The notes under the pieces: generated by a model
Databases searched by the model: none
Told to the model about the DNA's origin: nothing
The model's input: the letters and a program-made list of their open reading frames with translations, nothing else
Shown: piece by piece, positions 17,215-26,331 of the stretch
Numbering within the stretch: the first letter of the stretch is position 1
How the letters are laid out: every line of letters starts with the position of its first letter
Made by a program: the position numbers and the translations under genes
Virus record (IMG/VR): IMGVR_UViG_3300047319_001872
Span: 248,001 to 312,000 of that record
DNA length: 64,000 nucleotides
Direction: 5' to 3' (one strand)

Positions 17215-18762
17215 TTACTTGTCAAGCGACTGCAAGTGATCGATCACAGCGTGACGGTGTTTCGGCTCGAGCTTCTCGAGAAAGCCGATAACCGAGTGAA
17301 TCACGCGGTGTTCGAACTCTTCTGCTTCTTGGACGATCTTGTCGATCAGACCCAGACCGGCTTCCGTCACCTGATGTTCCGGTTCAGCCGGGGTTTCCGG
17401 CTCGGACGGCAGTTCGGGGGTCGGGTCGACCGGCACTTCCGGCGTGACCGGTTGGACCGGGTCCGTCGGTTGCGTCGGCTCAGCGGGTGTTTCACCAGCA
17501 GCCGGTTGCTCAGCGCCAGTAGCATCGCCACCAGTCGAAGCATCGGTTGCCGGAGCCGAAGGGTCCGTAGCGTCACCTGCCGCGGGATCAGTCGGTTCTT
17601 GTGCGGGGGTGTCACCACCTTCTGCCGGGGTATCGCTACCTGCGGCTTGGTCGTCTGCGGGCGCAGCCGGTTGTTCCGGGCTCACCGGTTCTGCGGCTTG
17701 ACCAGCGTCCGCTGCATCGCTGTCTCCAGCCGGAGCGCCAGTGTCGGCAGCCGGGGCTTCGGGAGCGGCAGGAACATCACCCGTAGCGACGTCTTGATCA
17801 GCAGCCGGAGCTGCCGGTTCGTCCGTCGTTGCTGCGGGTGCGTCGGCCGGAGCTTCAGCCGACGGATCTTGGACGACAGGTTCGACGCCTGCATTGGCTG
17901 CCGGATCGACTTCTTCCGCAGCAGGATCGACTTCATCGGTAGCAGGCGGAACTTCCGGCGACGGATCGACCACCGGGTCCGTCACAGCAGCTACATCGCT
18001 GGTGGGTTGATCCGCTGCAGGTGCTTCCGGCTGAGCTTCGGCCGGTTGGTCCACAGGTTGTTCTGCGGGCGTGTCCACAGCCGGGGCGACCGGGTCGGTC
18101 GACGACGGCTGGGTGTGCTCGATCACTTCTTCGTCCGAAGGCGAGGCGGGGACAGGTTGAACAGCAACCGGTTCATCCGATTCTGCCGGGGCTTGGGCCG
18201 GATCGACAGCTACGGGAGCTGCCGGATCTTGAGCCGCTGCATCGCCAGCGTCGGTTCCCGAAACGGGTTGCGTCTCTTGTCCAGCATCGACTGCCGGGGT
18301 ATCCGTCGCTGCAGATACGTCCGTGACGACCGGGTCTGCTCCAGCGGGCGCAACTTCAGGCGCCACGACCGGTTCGACCGTGCTGCTATCCACATCTGCA
18401 GAACCTGCTCCTGCGTCAGTGGCGGGTTGTTCTTGGGTTGCATTGGCTTGTGCATCGTCCGTTGCCGGAGCGACGTCCGTCGTGGCCGGGGTAGCAGCTG
18501 CGGTGGCTGCGGCGGCTTGCGCGACGTTGGCAGCAGCTTGCGCGACCGTAATCCCTGCCGGTTGGATCAGCCCGTGACTATCGAGCTCTTCCCCTTCTTG
18601 CAGCGAGTACTGTTGAGCTTGGCCGTTGCTGTCGAGGTACGTCACGACGATTTGGCTTGCGGACGAAACAGGCGCAGACTGGTCTTGATCTGCGGCTGGA
18701 ATGTTATTGGTTTGACCAGCTTCCGCTTGCTGGTCTTGCGTTTGCGCTTGCACGTCCGACAT
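17215..18762 (-). CDS. Very acidic Ala/Pro/Asp/Glu-rich low-complexity protein
   Basis: MSDVQAQTQ... starting at ATG 18762 (RBS AGGAG). About 400 aa of degenerate AP/EP/DP repeats with almost no K or R. Confidence 0.75.
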   Translation of the reverse strand: MSDVQAQTQDQQAEAGQTNNIPAADQDQSAPVSSASQIVVTYLDSNGQAQQYSLQEGEELDSHGLIQPAGITVAQAAANVAQAAAATAAATPATTDVAPATDDAQANATQEQPATDAGAGSADVDSSTVEPVVAPEVAPAGADPVVTDVSAATDTPAVDAGQETQPVSGTDAGDAAAQDPAAPVAVDPAQAPAESDEPVAVQPVPASPSDEEVIEHTQPSSTDPVAPAVDTPAEQPVDQPAEAQPEAPAADQPTSDVAAVTDPVVDPSPEVPPATDEVDPAAEEVDPAANAGVEPVVQDPSAEAPADAPAATTDEPAAPAADQDVATGDVPAAPEAPAADTGAPAGDSDAADAGQAAEPVSPEQPAAPADDQAAGSDTPAEGGDTPAQEPTDPAAGDATDPSAPATDASTGGDATGAEQPAAGETPAEPTQPTDPVQPVTPEVPVDPTPELPSEPETPAEPEHQVTEAGLGLIDKIVQEAEEFEHRVIHSVIGFLEKLEPKHRHAVIDHLQSLDK

Positions 18763-18858
18763 TACTACTCTCCTGGTTGGGTTATGGAGCATAAGCAGCG
18801 CTCCATAGAATTGGAGCGCTGGAAGTTTATTTTGCTTATGCTTACAACCCGTCTAGGA

Positions 18859-19953
18859 TCAGACGTTGTAGAAGTTAAAGAGCTTCTGCTTGCCTGCTTC
18901 GTTCACGCCGAATTCGAGCGTCTTCTTGAAGTCGACTTGGCGCGTCGCTGCTTGCCGACCTTGCGGGCTGGCGGTGAGTTTGACCAGGTTCAGCAACCGC
19001 TGGAACGCAGCCTGATCTTCCTTCGAGAGCGTCACATGCTCCATCGCACGGAACACGTACGACTCGTGGAACACGCCGTCCTTCTGGCTGTGGAACGCCT
19101 TGAGGATCGTGCCCCAGACGAGGAAGAAGTCGTCGTCCAGGCGGTTGACCGTGTTGCTCAGCACGCGATAGAGCTGCACTTGCCAGCGCACGGTGTCGGC
19201 GGTCGACAGGAGCTTCTTCGGCGCCATGCTGTCGATGTAGCCCTTCAGTTGCTCGAGCACCATTTTGCCGTAGGTGCTGGCTTCTGCTTGGGCCTTCTCG
19301 ATGAGCGCATCAATTTCAGCGAGCACCGGCGCAGCGGGCTTGACCGGCGTCGGCGTGACGACCGCGGCGGTAACAGGCGCTGCCGGAGCAACCGGGACCG
19401 CCGGGGCAATCGGAGTTGCACCCGTTTGCGACGGGCCGGTCTGGGTCACGGTGCCGGACACGCCGCTCGATTGGGGAGCTTCTTGCGGGGCAGGCGTGAT
19501 GGTTTCGATCTTGAGCACGCCGTTGGCGGCTTGCTCTTCGTTCGGTTGCTGCACTTCGTCCTGGGGTTGATTGTCTTGCGTGCTCACTTCTTCTCCTTCG
19601 GAGGGGTTGGTTGCTTGGATGGTGTCACTTTGACTGACACCGGAACTTTGCGGTTCACCACCGCTTGAAACGGACTCGGGTTCATCAGCACTCCCGTTAT
19701 CGGTACCAGCAGCATCCGAGGTCGTCGTGCCAGCGGCGACAGATGCACTTGCGTTTCCCGCCGGTTCAGCCGCATTGACCAAGCCGTTATTGGGCGTGAA
19801 GTCCAGGCGCTTCGCGGCGTCGAGTACGGATAGACCCGCGGGCTGAATCAAACCCGTCACTGGGTCATGCGATTCGCCCGGCTGCAAGATGTAGTACGCC
19901 TTCTTGCCGTCTTCCTGCTCATAGAGAACACGTGCTACAGGAATATTACCCAT
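18859..19953 (-). CDS. Conserved chimallivirus protein with a low-complexity linker
   Basis: MGNIPVARVLY... starting at ATG 19953 (RBS AAGGA). The N-terminal domain is shared with the 17215 gene, and the C-terminal domain is helical (YIDSMAPKK...QVQLYRVL). Confidence 0.7.
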   Translation of the reverse strand: MGNIPVARVLYEQEDGKKAYYILQPGESHDPVTGLIQPAGLSVLDAAKRLDFTPNNGLVNAAEPAGNASASVAAGTTTSDAAGTDNGSADEPESVSSGGEPQSSGVSQSDTIQATNPSEGEEVSTQDNQPQDEVQQPNEEQAANGVLKIETITPAPQEAPQSSGVSGTVTQTGPSQTGATPIAPAVPVAPAAPVTAAVVTPTPVKPAAPVLAEIDALIEKAQAEASTYGKMVLEQLKGYIDSMAPKKLLSTADTVRWQVQLYRVLSNTVNRLDDDFFLVWGTILKAFHSQKDGVFHESYVFRAMEHVTLSKEDQAAFQRLLNLVKLTASPQGRQAATRQVDFKKTLEFGVNEAGKQKLFNFYNV

Positions 19954-19964
19954 GATTATCTTCC

Positions 19965-21341
19965 TTACTGGATGGCTGTCTTGTAGTCCATGTGAGCGAG
20001 CGCGAGCTGCGTGCCGTGCATCTTCTTCATGAACAAGAGCATGAACTTCGAACCGTATTCCGAGACTGCTGAAGAGAGTGCGGTGGGATTCATCGACAGA
20101 CGCGGACCCACGCACACGGCGCAGTAGTCGGTCTTTTCGAGTCGACAGAACATCGGTGAGCGAATCATCACCTTCTTGCCGAGGTAGTTGCCAATGGATT
20201 CCTCGGTGAGCTTTTCGCTCCCGCCATCGGTCACTACACTAAAGCCCATGTACTTCTTCTTGTTCTCGTCCGAGAGCGCGACCGGATTACCCAGGGTCGA
20301 GTGACAGTCTTCTTGCGTGACCATCATGTTCGACGAAGCACGCAGCAGCCACTTCACGGCTTCACCGCCGAGCATGGTTTCAGCACCCCGGTTGTACGAA
20401 CCGGCCCGCAGCGAATCGTTCATGATCGGGAACTTGTTGATGTCCCAGCCTTCTGACAGCGAGTTCTGGATGAGGTCCACATCAATGCCATCGTCCAGAC
20501 CCGCTTCTGCACCCGTCATCAGGAAGAGCTTACGTCGCACCACCTTACGGGACTTGTTCTCGATCAAGAAGCCTTCAGCATCGTCGCCCTTCAGGTACTC
20601 AGAGTCGAACTTAATCAGCTCGGCGTCGATCTTCGCAATCACCGCCGGATCATGCAGCTTATCCTTGTACTGCTCAAGCAACTGCGCTTTAAGCTCCGCC
20701 AAGCCAGGGGGTGCGGTCATGGCTTTGCGGGTAGCGGCCGGGACCCACAGTTGCGTGAAGCCTGCCAGGTAGAAAGCGGCGTCCGCCATCACCAGGTACT
20801 CTTTCACGTAGATGGGTTGCTTGCGTGGATCACCCAGATCCAGCACGGGCGAACCCGTCTGATCCGCGACTGCCGCATTGGCGGCGAGCACCATCTGGGC
20901 ATTGGGGGTCGGATCATCCTGCAGGCGCGGTAGCACCATCTTCTCGATCGCCCCTGGGCTAATACGGCCCGAGAGGTAGGGGATCTTGTTGCCGAAGGGG
21001 TAGGCGACAATCACCCAGTTAAAGAAGTACTGGCCGTAACTGGTGGGGTGCGGGGTCGACTCCGTGTAGTTCGGAATCTGTCCGGCTTGCAGCAGGAACT
21101 GGTCCTTGCGATTAAACGGTGCGATCGTAGGATCACAGCCTTCCAGCGGCAGGAGTTCGTTCGTGTTCTCCGGATTGACAAAGAAGTACCCCGTGCGTGT
21201 TTGCACGATCCGATACGGGTACATGTCTTTCTGGTAGTCTTCCGGGCCCTCGTTGATGATGGAGAACGCGGAGATGACCCACGCACGGCGCCGGAATAAC
21301 CCTGCGTTCATCGCCGCGATAAAGTAGTCGTGTTTCTTCAT
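19965..21341 (-). CDS. Virion RNA polymerase beta'-like subunit (phiKZ gp80 equivalent)
   Basis: 458 aa. Beta' C-terminal Zn-site motifs QEDCHST, IRSPMFC and YCAVCVG, plus GAETMLGG. Confidence 0.8.
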   Translation of the reverse strand: MKKHDYFIAAMNAGLFRRRAWVISAFSIINEGPEDYQKDMYPYRIVQTRTGYFFVNPENTNELLPLEGCDPTIAPFNRKDQFLLQAGQIPNYTESTPHPTSYGQYFFNWVIVAYPFGNKIPYLSGRISPGAIEKMVLPRLQDDPTPNAQMVLAANAAVADQTGSPVLDLGDPRKQPIYVKEYLVMADAAFYLAGFTQLWVPAATRKAMTAPPGLAELKAQLLEQYKDKLHDPAVIAKIDAELIKFDSEYLKGDDAEGFLIENKSRKVVRRKLFLMTGAEAGLDDGIDVDLIQNSLSEGWDINKFPIMNDSLRAGSYNRGAETMLGGEAVKWLLRASSNMMVTQEDCHSTLGNPVALSDENKKKYMGFSVVTDGGSEKLTEESIGNYLGKKVMIRSPMFCRLEKTDYCAVCVGPRLSMNPTALSSAVSEYGSKFMLLFMKKMHGTQLALAHMDYKTAIQ

Positions 21342-21349
21342 GGTTCACC

Positions 21350-22216
21350 TCACGCCGTCGTGTCGAGCCGACTCTCGTACGCCTGGAAGCGCACCAGCAA
21401 GTCACTCACGGCGATGTCAATCTGCGTGATCTTGTTCACATCCGAGACCAGGTTATCCATCTCGGTCTTGATGACGCCTTGCGGATTGCCAAACCCGTCG
21501 CCCGAGTAGAAGGCCATGCCGAGCATGTTCTGCGCTGCGCTCTCGGCATCGAGCTCTTCGAACTCACGACCGATCATGTTGGCATAGACCACGTACGGGT
21601 AACCTGCGTCGATCCCCATGTGCGCAATCTTTGAGATCGCCAGCTCCGGGTCCGTGAGAAAGTGCATAAAGCGATTAAAGCGCGTGATGCGCGTTTCGCG
21701 GAATTCGCGCTCGCTATCTTCCTCATTGTGGGTCCCAAACTCTTGTGCGCGGGCGAGCTCTTCGATCCGGGTGATCAGTGCGTCCGAGACATAGACGAGG
21801 TCGACCAGATAGTGTTCAGCTTCTTGGCTGCCTACGAGCGCCACCAGTTCACTGAAGAGCTCCTCGGGGTCGTGCTTCTGGGCGCAGATCTTGAGGATCT
21901 CCGGGATGTGGTCCGAGGCCTGTTGCAGTTCCACCAACGCGTCGATGAATTCTGTCAGGATGCTTACCGTCGCCTCATCGCTCACGGTGATGCTGTGCTG
22001 CTTAAGAATCCCATTCGCGAGACTCTTGGTGAGGTCGATGATGCCGCCCAGCGTATCGCCCTGGTCGGCCTCATCATTGATCATTAACAACTGTTCGAAT
22101 CCGGGGTTGTAATCTTGCAACCCAATTCGGTCGAAGGCTTCATGAGCCTTCTCGATGGCGTCGACGTTCTCGGGGGACGTCGCTTCCACCAGATAGTCGC
22201 GAAGAATATCGAGCAT
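21350..22216 (-). CDS. Conserved chimallivirus hypothetical protein
   Basis: 288 aa, co-oriented with and directly upstream of the vRNAP subunit gene. Confidence 0.7.
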   Translation of the reverse strand: MLDILRDYLVEATSPENVDAIEKAHEAFDRIGLQDYNPGFEQLLMINDEADQGDTLGGIIDLTKSLANGILKQHSITVSDEATVSILTEFIDALVELQQASDHIPEILKICAQKHDPEELFSELVALVGSQEAEHYLVDLVYVSDALITRIEELARAQEFGTHNEEDSEREFRETRITRFNRFMHFLTDPELAISKIAHMGIDAGYPYVVYANMIGREFEELDAESAAQNMLGMAFYSGDGFGNPQGVIKTEMDNLVSDVNKITQIDIAVSDLLVRFQAYESRLDTTA

Positions 22217-22406
22217 GCGGTGCTCCAGAAACCCTGTAAGAAATTACTTGCGGTCGCCATGCTGTAGCTAACATGTTCGCAATCAGGCGATTACGTCATC
22301 GGAAGCTACAGTCCTCTGTGAAATCGAACCACACAACGGGGTCGTTCTTTTCGAGGATAGTCAGATGATTGAGCTATCCGATAGCACTTAACATTTAAAA
22401 CGGTAT

Positions 22407-22982
22407 TTGGGGTTTAGCATGACGAAGAAGAGTCAGGGTCGGTTGATGCGCGACGCGATCAAGAAGGACGCGAAGGAAGAGCTCAACCAGAATCGCAACT
22501 GGGACGAGCTGCACGAGCGCTATGCAGAATGCCGCAACCTACTGTTGATGCATCTGGCTGTCGGGGAAATCCTCCAGCGCCCGGACATCCAGGGGGAGAT
22601 CTACAAGCAAGAAGCCCAGACGGTGATCAGCAACATTCAGCTCCTCACCAAGGACCTGAACGAGCGCGCTCAAGAGCTCACGATGATCTACGGCACGCAC
22701 TCGGATAAGACCGGGGGCTGCGACGAGAACGACATCATGCTCTCGTTTGAGATCATGGAGAAGTACACCGCGTGGCTCTCGCTGATGCAAGCGAACGTGC
22801 AGCCGACGCTCGCGCACATCATGGAAATCACGAGCGAAGTCGAAAAGCGCCTCATCGCCAAAGCAGCCGTGCTCGATCCGAACGTCGTCACCGACGTGGA
22901 AGTGACCGAGTCGACCAAGCACAACGACACGCTCGCCGCCGGGATTGCGGCGGCGGACAAGACCAACCCGAAGGCGGAGTAA
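22407..22982 (+). CDS. Conserved chimallivirus hypothetical protein (helical)
   Basis: 191 aa. The likely start is ATG 22419. First gene of the + strand operon. Confidence 0.7.
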   Translation: MGFSMTKKSQGRLMRDAIKKDAKEELNQNRNWDELHERYAECRNLLLMHLAVGEILQRPDIQGEIYKQEAQTVISNIQLLTKDLNERAQELTMIYGTHSDKTGGCDENDIMLSFEIMEKYTAWLSLMQANVQPTLAHIMEITSEVEKRLIAKAAVLDPNVVTDVEVTESTKHNDTLAAGIAAADKTNPKAE

Positions 22983-22985
22983 ACG

Positions 22986-24614
22986 ATGGAAGGTCAAGAG
23001 AACAACAACATTCACACGCCGTCGGTGACCACCGCGGCTGACGTGCCGCCGGAGCTGCGTACACCGACGACGGCAGTCGAACCGGCCGTGATCCAGCCGC
23101 CCGCACCGGACGTCTCGGAAGGCGTGCACGAAGTGCTCGGGGGTTTGCCTGAAGATACGCTGAGTGATGCCGCGGCACCGGCGCAGGAAGACACCGAACT
23201 GAAGGTCGAAGAAACGCCCAAGCGTTTGCCGCAAGCCGATACGACCACCGTCAAGCAAGAACAGGCGGTGTTCATTCCGCTGGGTGTGGCGTTCGACGTG
23301 AACGGTATCACGCTGGCTGTACCGGGTGCGCGGGAAGACGAGCTGCAAGAAGCCCTTGCCAAGATGCCCAACACCGATCTGGGTGCAACGGCTGAAGGTC
23401 GCGAGTGGATTGCCGTGGCGCAGGCAGGCTATCGTAATGCCACGCCGCGTAAGATGCTCACCGACCTCGACGTGCGCGAAGGCTCGCTGTGGGAGCAAGC
23501 AGTCAAGTCCGAGCGCGGTGGCATTCAGGCCTCGCGTCCCAAGCAAGCCGATACCGCTGGTGTCAGTCTGCGTGGCGAAGCCGGGGTGCTGGCCGTGCGT
23601 CAGGAAGTGGGTCTGGGTGGCATCATCCGGATTCCGCTGTGGCACTCGGGCTTTCACATTACGCTCAAGACGCCGAGCGATGCAGCCATCCTGGAACTGG
23701 AACGCCGCATTACTGACGAGAAGGTGCTGCTCGGTCGCATGACCAACGGCATGCTCTTCTCCAACACGTCGGTGTTCATTGCCGAGTACCTGACCGAATT
23801 CGCCATTCGCCATCTGTACGACACGTCGCTGCGTAACAAGGAGAACATCTTCTCCAAGATCGTCTCGCACGACATCCAGCATCTGGCATGGGGACTGGCC
23901 ACGGCGATCTGGCCGACGGGCTTCCAGTACGTGCGGTCAGTGCTGGGCGAAACCGACGCGCAGAACAAGGTGGTGAAGGACAAGATCGCGGTCGGCAAGC
24001 TGCAGTTCACCGATACGTCGCAACTGTCGAAGTGGCAGATCAACCACATGACCTCGGTCACGACGGGCTCGATGACGGACGACTCGATCAAGAAGTACCG
24101 CGAGGAGTTCCTGAATCAGACGCCGCGTAAGGTGCAAGTCACCGACAAGGTCGCGATCACGCTGAAGGTCCCGACGCTCGCCGAGCATATCGCCTCGGGC
24201 CAGAAGTGGGTCAACGGAATCGTCGTGATGACGGACCAGGTCTTCGGCATGGAACAGGACGTCGATGAGCGTAACCGCTTTATCTACGAACAGGGCCAAG
24301 CCACCTACATGCGTCAATACGGGCACTGGATCGAATCGATCGAGCTCTCGAACGGCGCGATTGTGGAAGACCCGGAAACCATCGACCAGACGATCGACGC
24401 GCTCTCCGCGGATGACACGATTCGCAACAAGTTCGTGGACGCGGTGGTGAAGTACATCGAAGATACGACGGTCTCGATGATCGCCGTGCCGACGGTGGCG
24501 GCAAGCGAAGAACAGAAGTACCCGCGCTGGCCGCGGTTGCTGCCGATTGATGCGATGGCAACTTTTTTTACCCTACTCGACCAGAAGGTCTCGCAGATCC
24601 GGGCACGCAGCTAG
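22986..24614 (+). CDS. Conserved chimallivirus core protein (phiKZ gp77 equivalent)
   Basis: 542 aa. Acidic disordered N-terminus followed by RIPLWHSGFHITLKTPS and RLLPIDAMATFF motifs. Confidence 0.7.
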   Translation: MEGQENNNIHTPSVTTAADVPPELRTPTTAVEPAVIQPPAPDVSEGVHEVLGGLPEDTLSDAAAPAQEDTELKVEETPKRLPQADTTTVKQEQAVFIPLGVAFDVNGITLAVPGAREDELQEALAKMPNTDLGATAEGREWIAVAQAGYRNATPRKMLTDLDVREGSLWEQAVKSERGGIQASRPKQADTAGVSLRGEAGVLAVRQEVGLGGIIRIPLWHSGFHITLKTPSDAAILELERRITDEKVLLGRMTNGMLFSNTSVFIAEYLTEFAIRHLYDTSLRNKENIFSKIVSHDIQHLAWGLATAIWPTGFQYVRSVLGETDAQNKVVKDKIAVGKLQFTDTSQLSKWQINHMTSVTTGSMTDDSIKKYREEFLNQTPRKVQVTDKVAITLKVPTLAEHIASGQKWVNGIVVMTDQVFGMEQDVDERNRFIYEQGQATYMRQYGHWIESIELSNGAIVEDPETIDQTIDALSADDTIRNKFVDAVVKYIEDTTVSMIAVPTVAASEEQKYPRWPRLLPIDAMATFFTLLDQKVSQIRARS

Positions 24615-24658
24615 TTGCAAAACACGTCGGTCACCCATTCTTTGGAGAGCATGTCGAT

Positions 24659-25078
24659 GTGGTCGCGAAGCTCAGCGAACTCATTGCCAACGCCCCCAAG
24701 ATGTGCGTGACCGACACGCGACAGTTGTTGTTGCACCGCTACGAGACGGACTTTGGGATTTACAATCACGACATCTCTGATTTCGAGAAGAATCCCTTAG
24801 CCCTTATCCGGATGCATTCTCGTGAGGATTCATACACGGGTAGTCATCTGGCCGAGCGCATCAGGCAGTATCACGAACGGCAAGTGTGGGAAATCACCCA
24901 CGAACCGTTGAGCGCCTTTCTGAACTATCCGCGCCACATGGTGCTGGACATTTTGGAACTGGCCGACAAGGTGTTGCGGGATAAGACCGCAACGTTGGTG
25001 AAAGAAGGCAAGGTCCTGGAGGACCGTGTCGCCGCGCTGAAGGCCACGAACGGCGACATGACTCCACCACCGCACTAA
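24659..25078 (+). CDS. Conserved chimallivirus hypothetical protein (phiKZ gp76 equivalent)
   Basis: 139 aa with YETDFGIY...PLALIRMH motifs. Confidence 0.65.
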   Translation: MVAKLSELIANAPKMCVTDTRQLLLHRYETDFGIYNHDISDFEKNPLALIRMHSREDSYTGSHLAERIRQYHERQVWEITHEPLSAFLNYPRHMVLDILELADKVLRDKTATLVKEGKVLEDRVAALKATNGDMTPPPH

Positions 25079-25090
25079 CCGGGGCCGTCA

Positions 25091-25543
25091 ATGATCATTT
25101 ACGATGAACCGCGTAACATCTTTGAAGTAACGGAGCAAACGCTCGTTAATCCCGTGAACACGCAAGGTGTCATGGGTGCTGGCTTAGCGTTGGCTTTTCG
25201 CAGTACCTTTCCCGGTCTGTTTGAAGAGTATCGCGACGCTTGCCAGCAGGAGGTGTTTACGCGGCGAGGTTTCTTCGTGTACGACGTTGACGCTTCGCGC
25301 AAGGTGTTGTGTTTGCCCACTAAGCGAGAATGGCGCCATCCTTCGAGACTGGAATGGATCGAAGAAGGCCTTTGGTATTTGTCGAGAGAGTATGAGCACT
25401 ACGGGATTACCTCACTGGCGATTCCTGAGGTAGGCTGCGGGCGAGGTCAGTTAGGATGGGCAGATGTGCGCCCTCTGATCTATCAGTACCTGGACCCTAT
25501 CGCGTTACCAGTGGGGATTTGTTTAAGCCCCTTTGCAGTCTAA
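25091..25543 (+). CDS. Macrodomain protein (ADP-ribosylhydrolase, DarG/Appr-1-p family)
   Basis: LVNPVNTQGVMGAGLALAFR...PTKREWRHPSRLEWIEEGL...SLAIPEVGCGRGQLGW. Confidence 0.9.
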   Translation: MIIYDEPRNIFEVTEQTLVNPVNTQGVMGAGLALAFRSTFPGLFEEYRDACQQEVFTRRGFFVYDVDASRKVLCLPTKREWRHPSRLEWIEEGLWYLSREYEHYGITSLAIPEVGCGRGQLGWADVRPLIYQYLDPIALPVGICLSPFAV

Positions 25544-25559
25544 CTGACTGGGAACGACG

Positions 25560-26018
25560 ATGATCATCTACGAAACAGAGTGCGAACAGTTACGTGCAGA
25601 AGCGCAGACGCTTCTCACGCCCATCAACATCGATGCCGTGGGGGGCGGAGGTTTGCCTGCGGCGTTTCGGTATGGATTCCCCGGACTCTTTAAAGCCTAT
25701 TGCTGGGCCATGAAAAAGGGGATCTTCGAAAACGATAGCCTGTTTGTCTACGACGTGTCGCCCGAGCGGAAAATCGCCTGCATGCCGATGAAGCAGCACC
25801 AGCGGTACAGCACCGAAGAAAAGCTCGAGTACCTCGAAGAAAGTCTGATGGTAGTGGCCACCAGCTACCAGAAGTACGGTATCATCTCCATGGCACTCAA
25901 TGAAATCGGTTACGGTGACACTGCGCTACCATGGGAAAAGGTCAGGCCGGTCATCCAGCGTTGTTTTGGATCGATCGATCTGCCGGTGGGGATTTGTCGG
26001 GGAGTAGTACCTGTGTAA
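25560..26018 (+). CDS. Degenerate macrodomain paralog
   Basis: Colinear with the upstream gene (MIIY..., TLLTPINIDAVGGGGLPAAFR, SMALNEIGYG, IDLPVGIC), with altered catalytic-loop motifs. Confidence 0.8.
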   Translation: MIIYETECEQLRAEAQTLLTPINIDAVGGGGLPAAFRYGFPGLFKAYCWAMKKGIFENDSLFVYDVSPERKIACMPMKQHQRYSTEEKLEYLEESLMVVATSYQKYGIISMALNEIGYGDTALPWEKVRPVIQRCFGSIDLPVGICRGVVPV

Positions 26019-26040
26019 CTATCGCGCCGGAGACCAAACC

Positions 26041-26250
26041 ATGCGATGGCTGATCCAGCAATACCAAGACTGGCGGTTCGCTCGCTACGAGCGAGCTAAG
26101 CTGATCCGTGTCGAAGAAGAGTTGCGTATCCGACGTCAGTTGGACTACCTCGAACAATCCCGTAACGCAACTCGTCCGGGGAAGGTCCTTACGCTCACGG
26201 AAGCGGAGCTGATGGGCCAACAGATGACCGAGCTCAATCGGCGCTGCTAG
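26041..26250 (+). CDS. Small hypothetical protein
   Basis: 69 aa with a GGAG RBS. Confidence 0.6.
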   Translation: MRWLIQQYQDWRFARYERAKLIRVEEELRIRRQLDYLEQSRNATRPGKVLTLTEAELMGQQMTELNRRC

Positions 26251-26263
26251 AAGTACAAGAAGC

Positions 26264-26325
26264 AAAAAAAAAAGACGGGGTCATAGAGCCAGGAGCCCTT
26301 ACGGGTCTCCTGGCTCCTATGCCGT
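26264..26325. terminator. Long hairpin between convergent genes
   Basis: GAGCCAGGAGCCC-TTAC-GGGTCTCCTGGCTC with an A-tract and CATA...TATG flanks. Confidence 0.75.
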
Positions 26326-26331
26326 CAAGGC

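Noticed and set aside
17215-18762. Possible CRISPR array or DNA tandem repeat in the repetitive stretch
   Set aside because: The repeats are degenerate and in-frame (Ala/Pro/Asp/Glu codons). There are no identical direct repeats with unique spacers.
17191-19668. 825-aa + strand ORF, and similar long antisense ORFs (160..924, 3700..4962, 7368..8840, 22539..23882, 31216..32880, 35716..37071, 45041..46432, 46730..48631, 53427..54149, 55421..56704)
   Set aside because: These are shadow ORFs opposite genes with clear motifs, RBSs and GC-rich codon bias. Their translations are Arg/His-rich with no recognisable motifs.
22217-22406. Inverted repeat CTGTAGCT...AGCTACAG in the divergent intergenic region
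   Set aside because: It is a single 8-bp pair in a probable promoter region, too weak to call an RNA or operator without comparative data.
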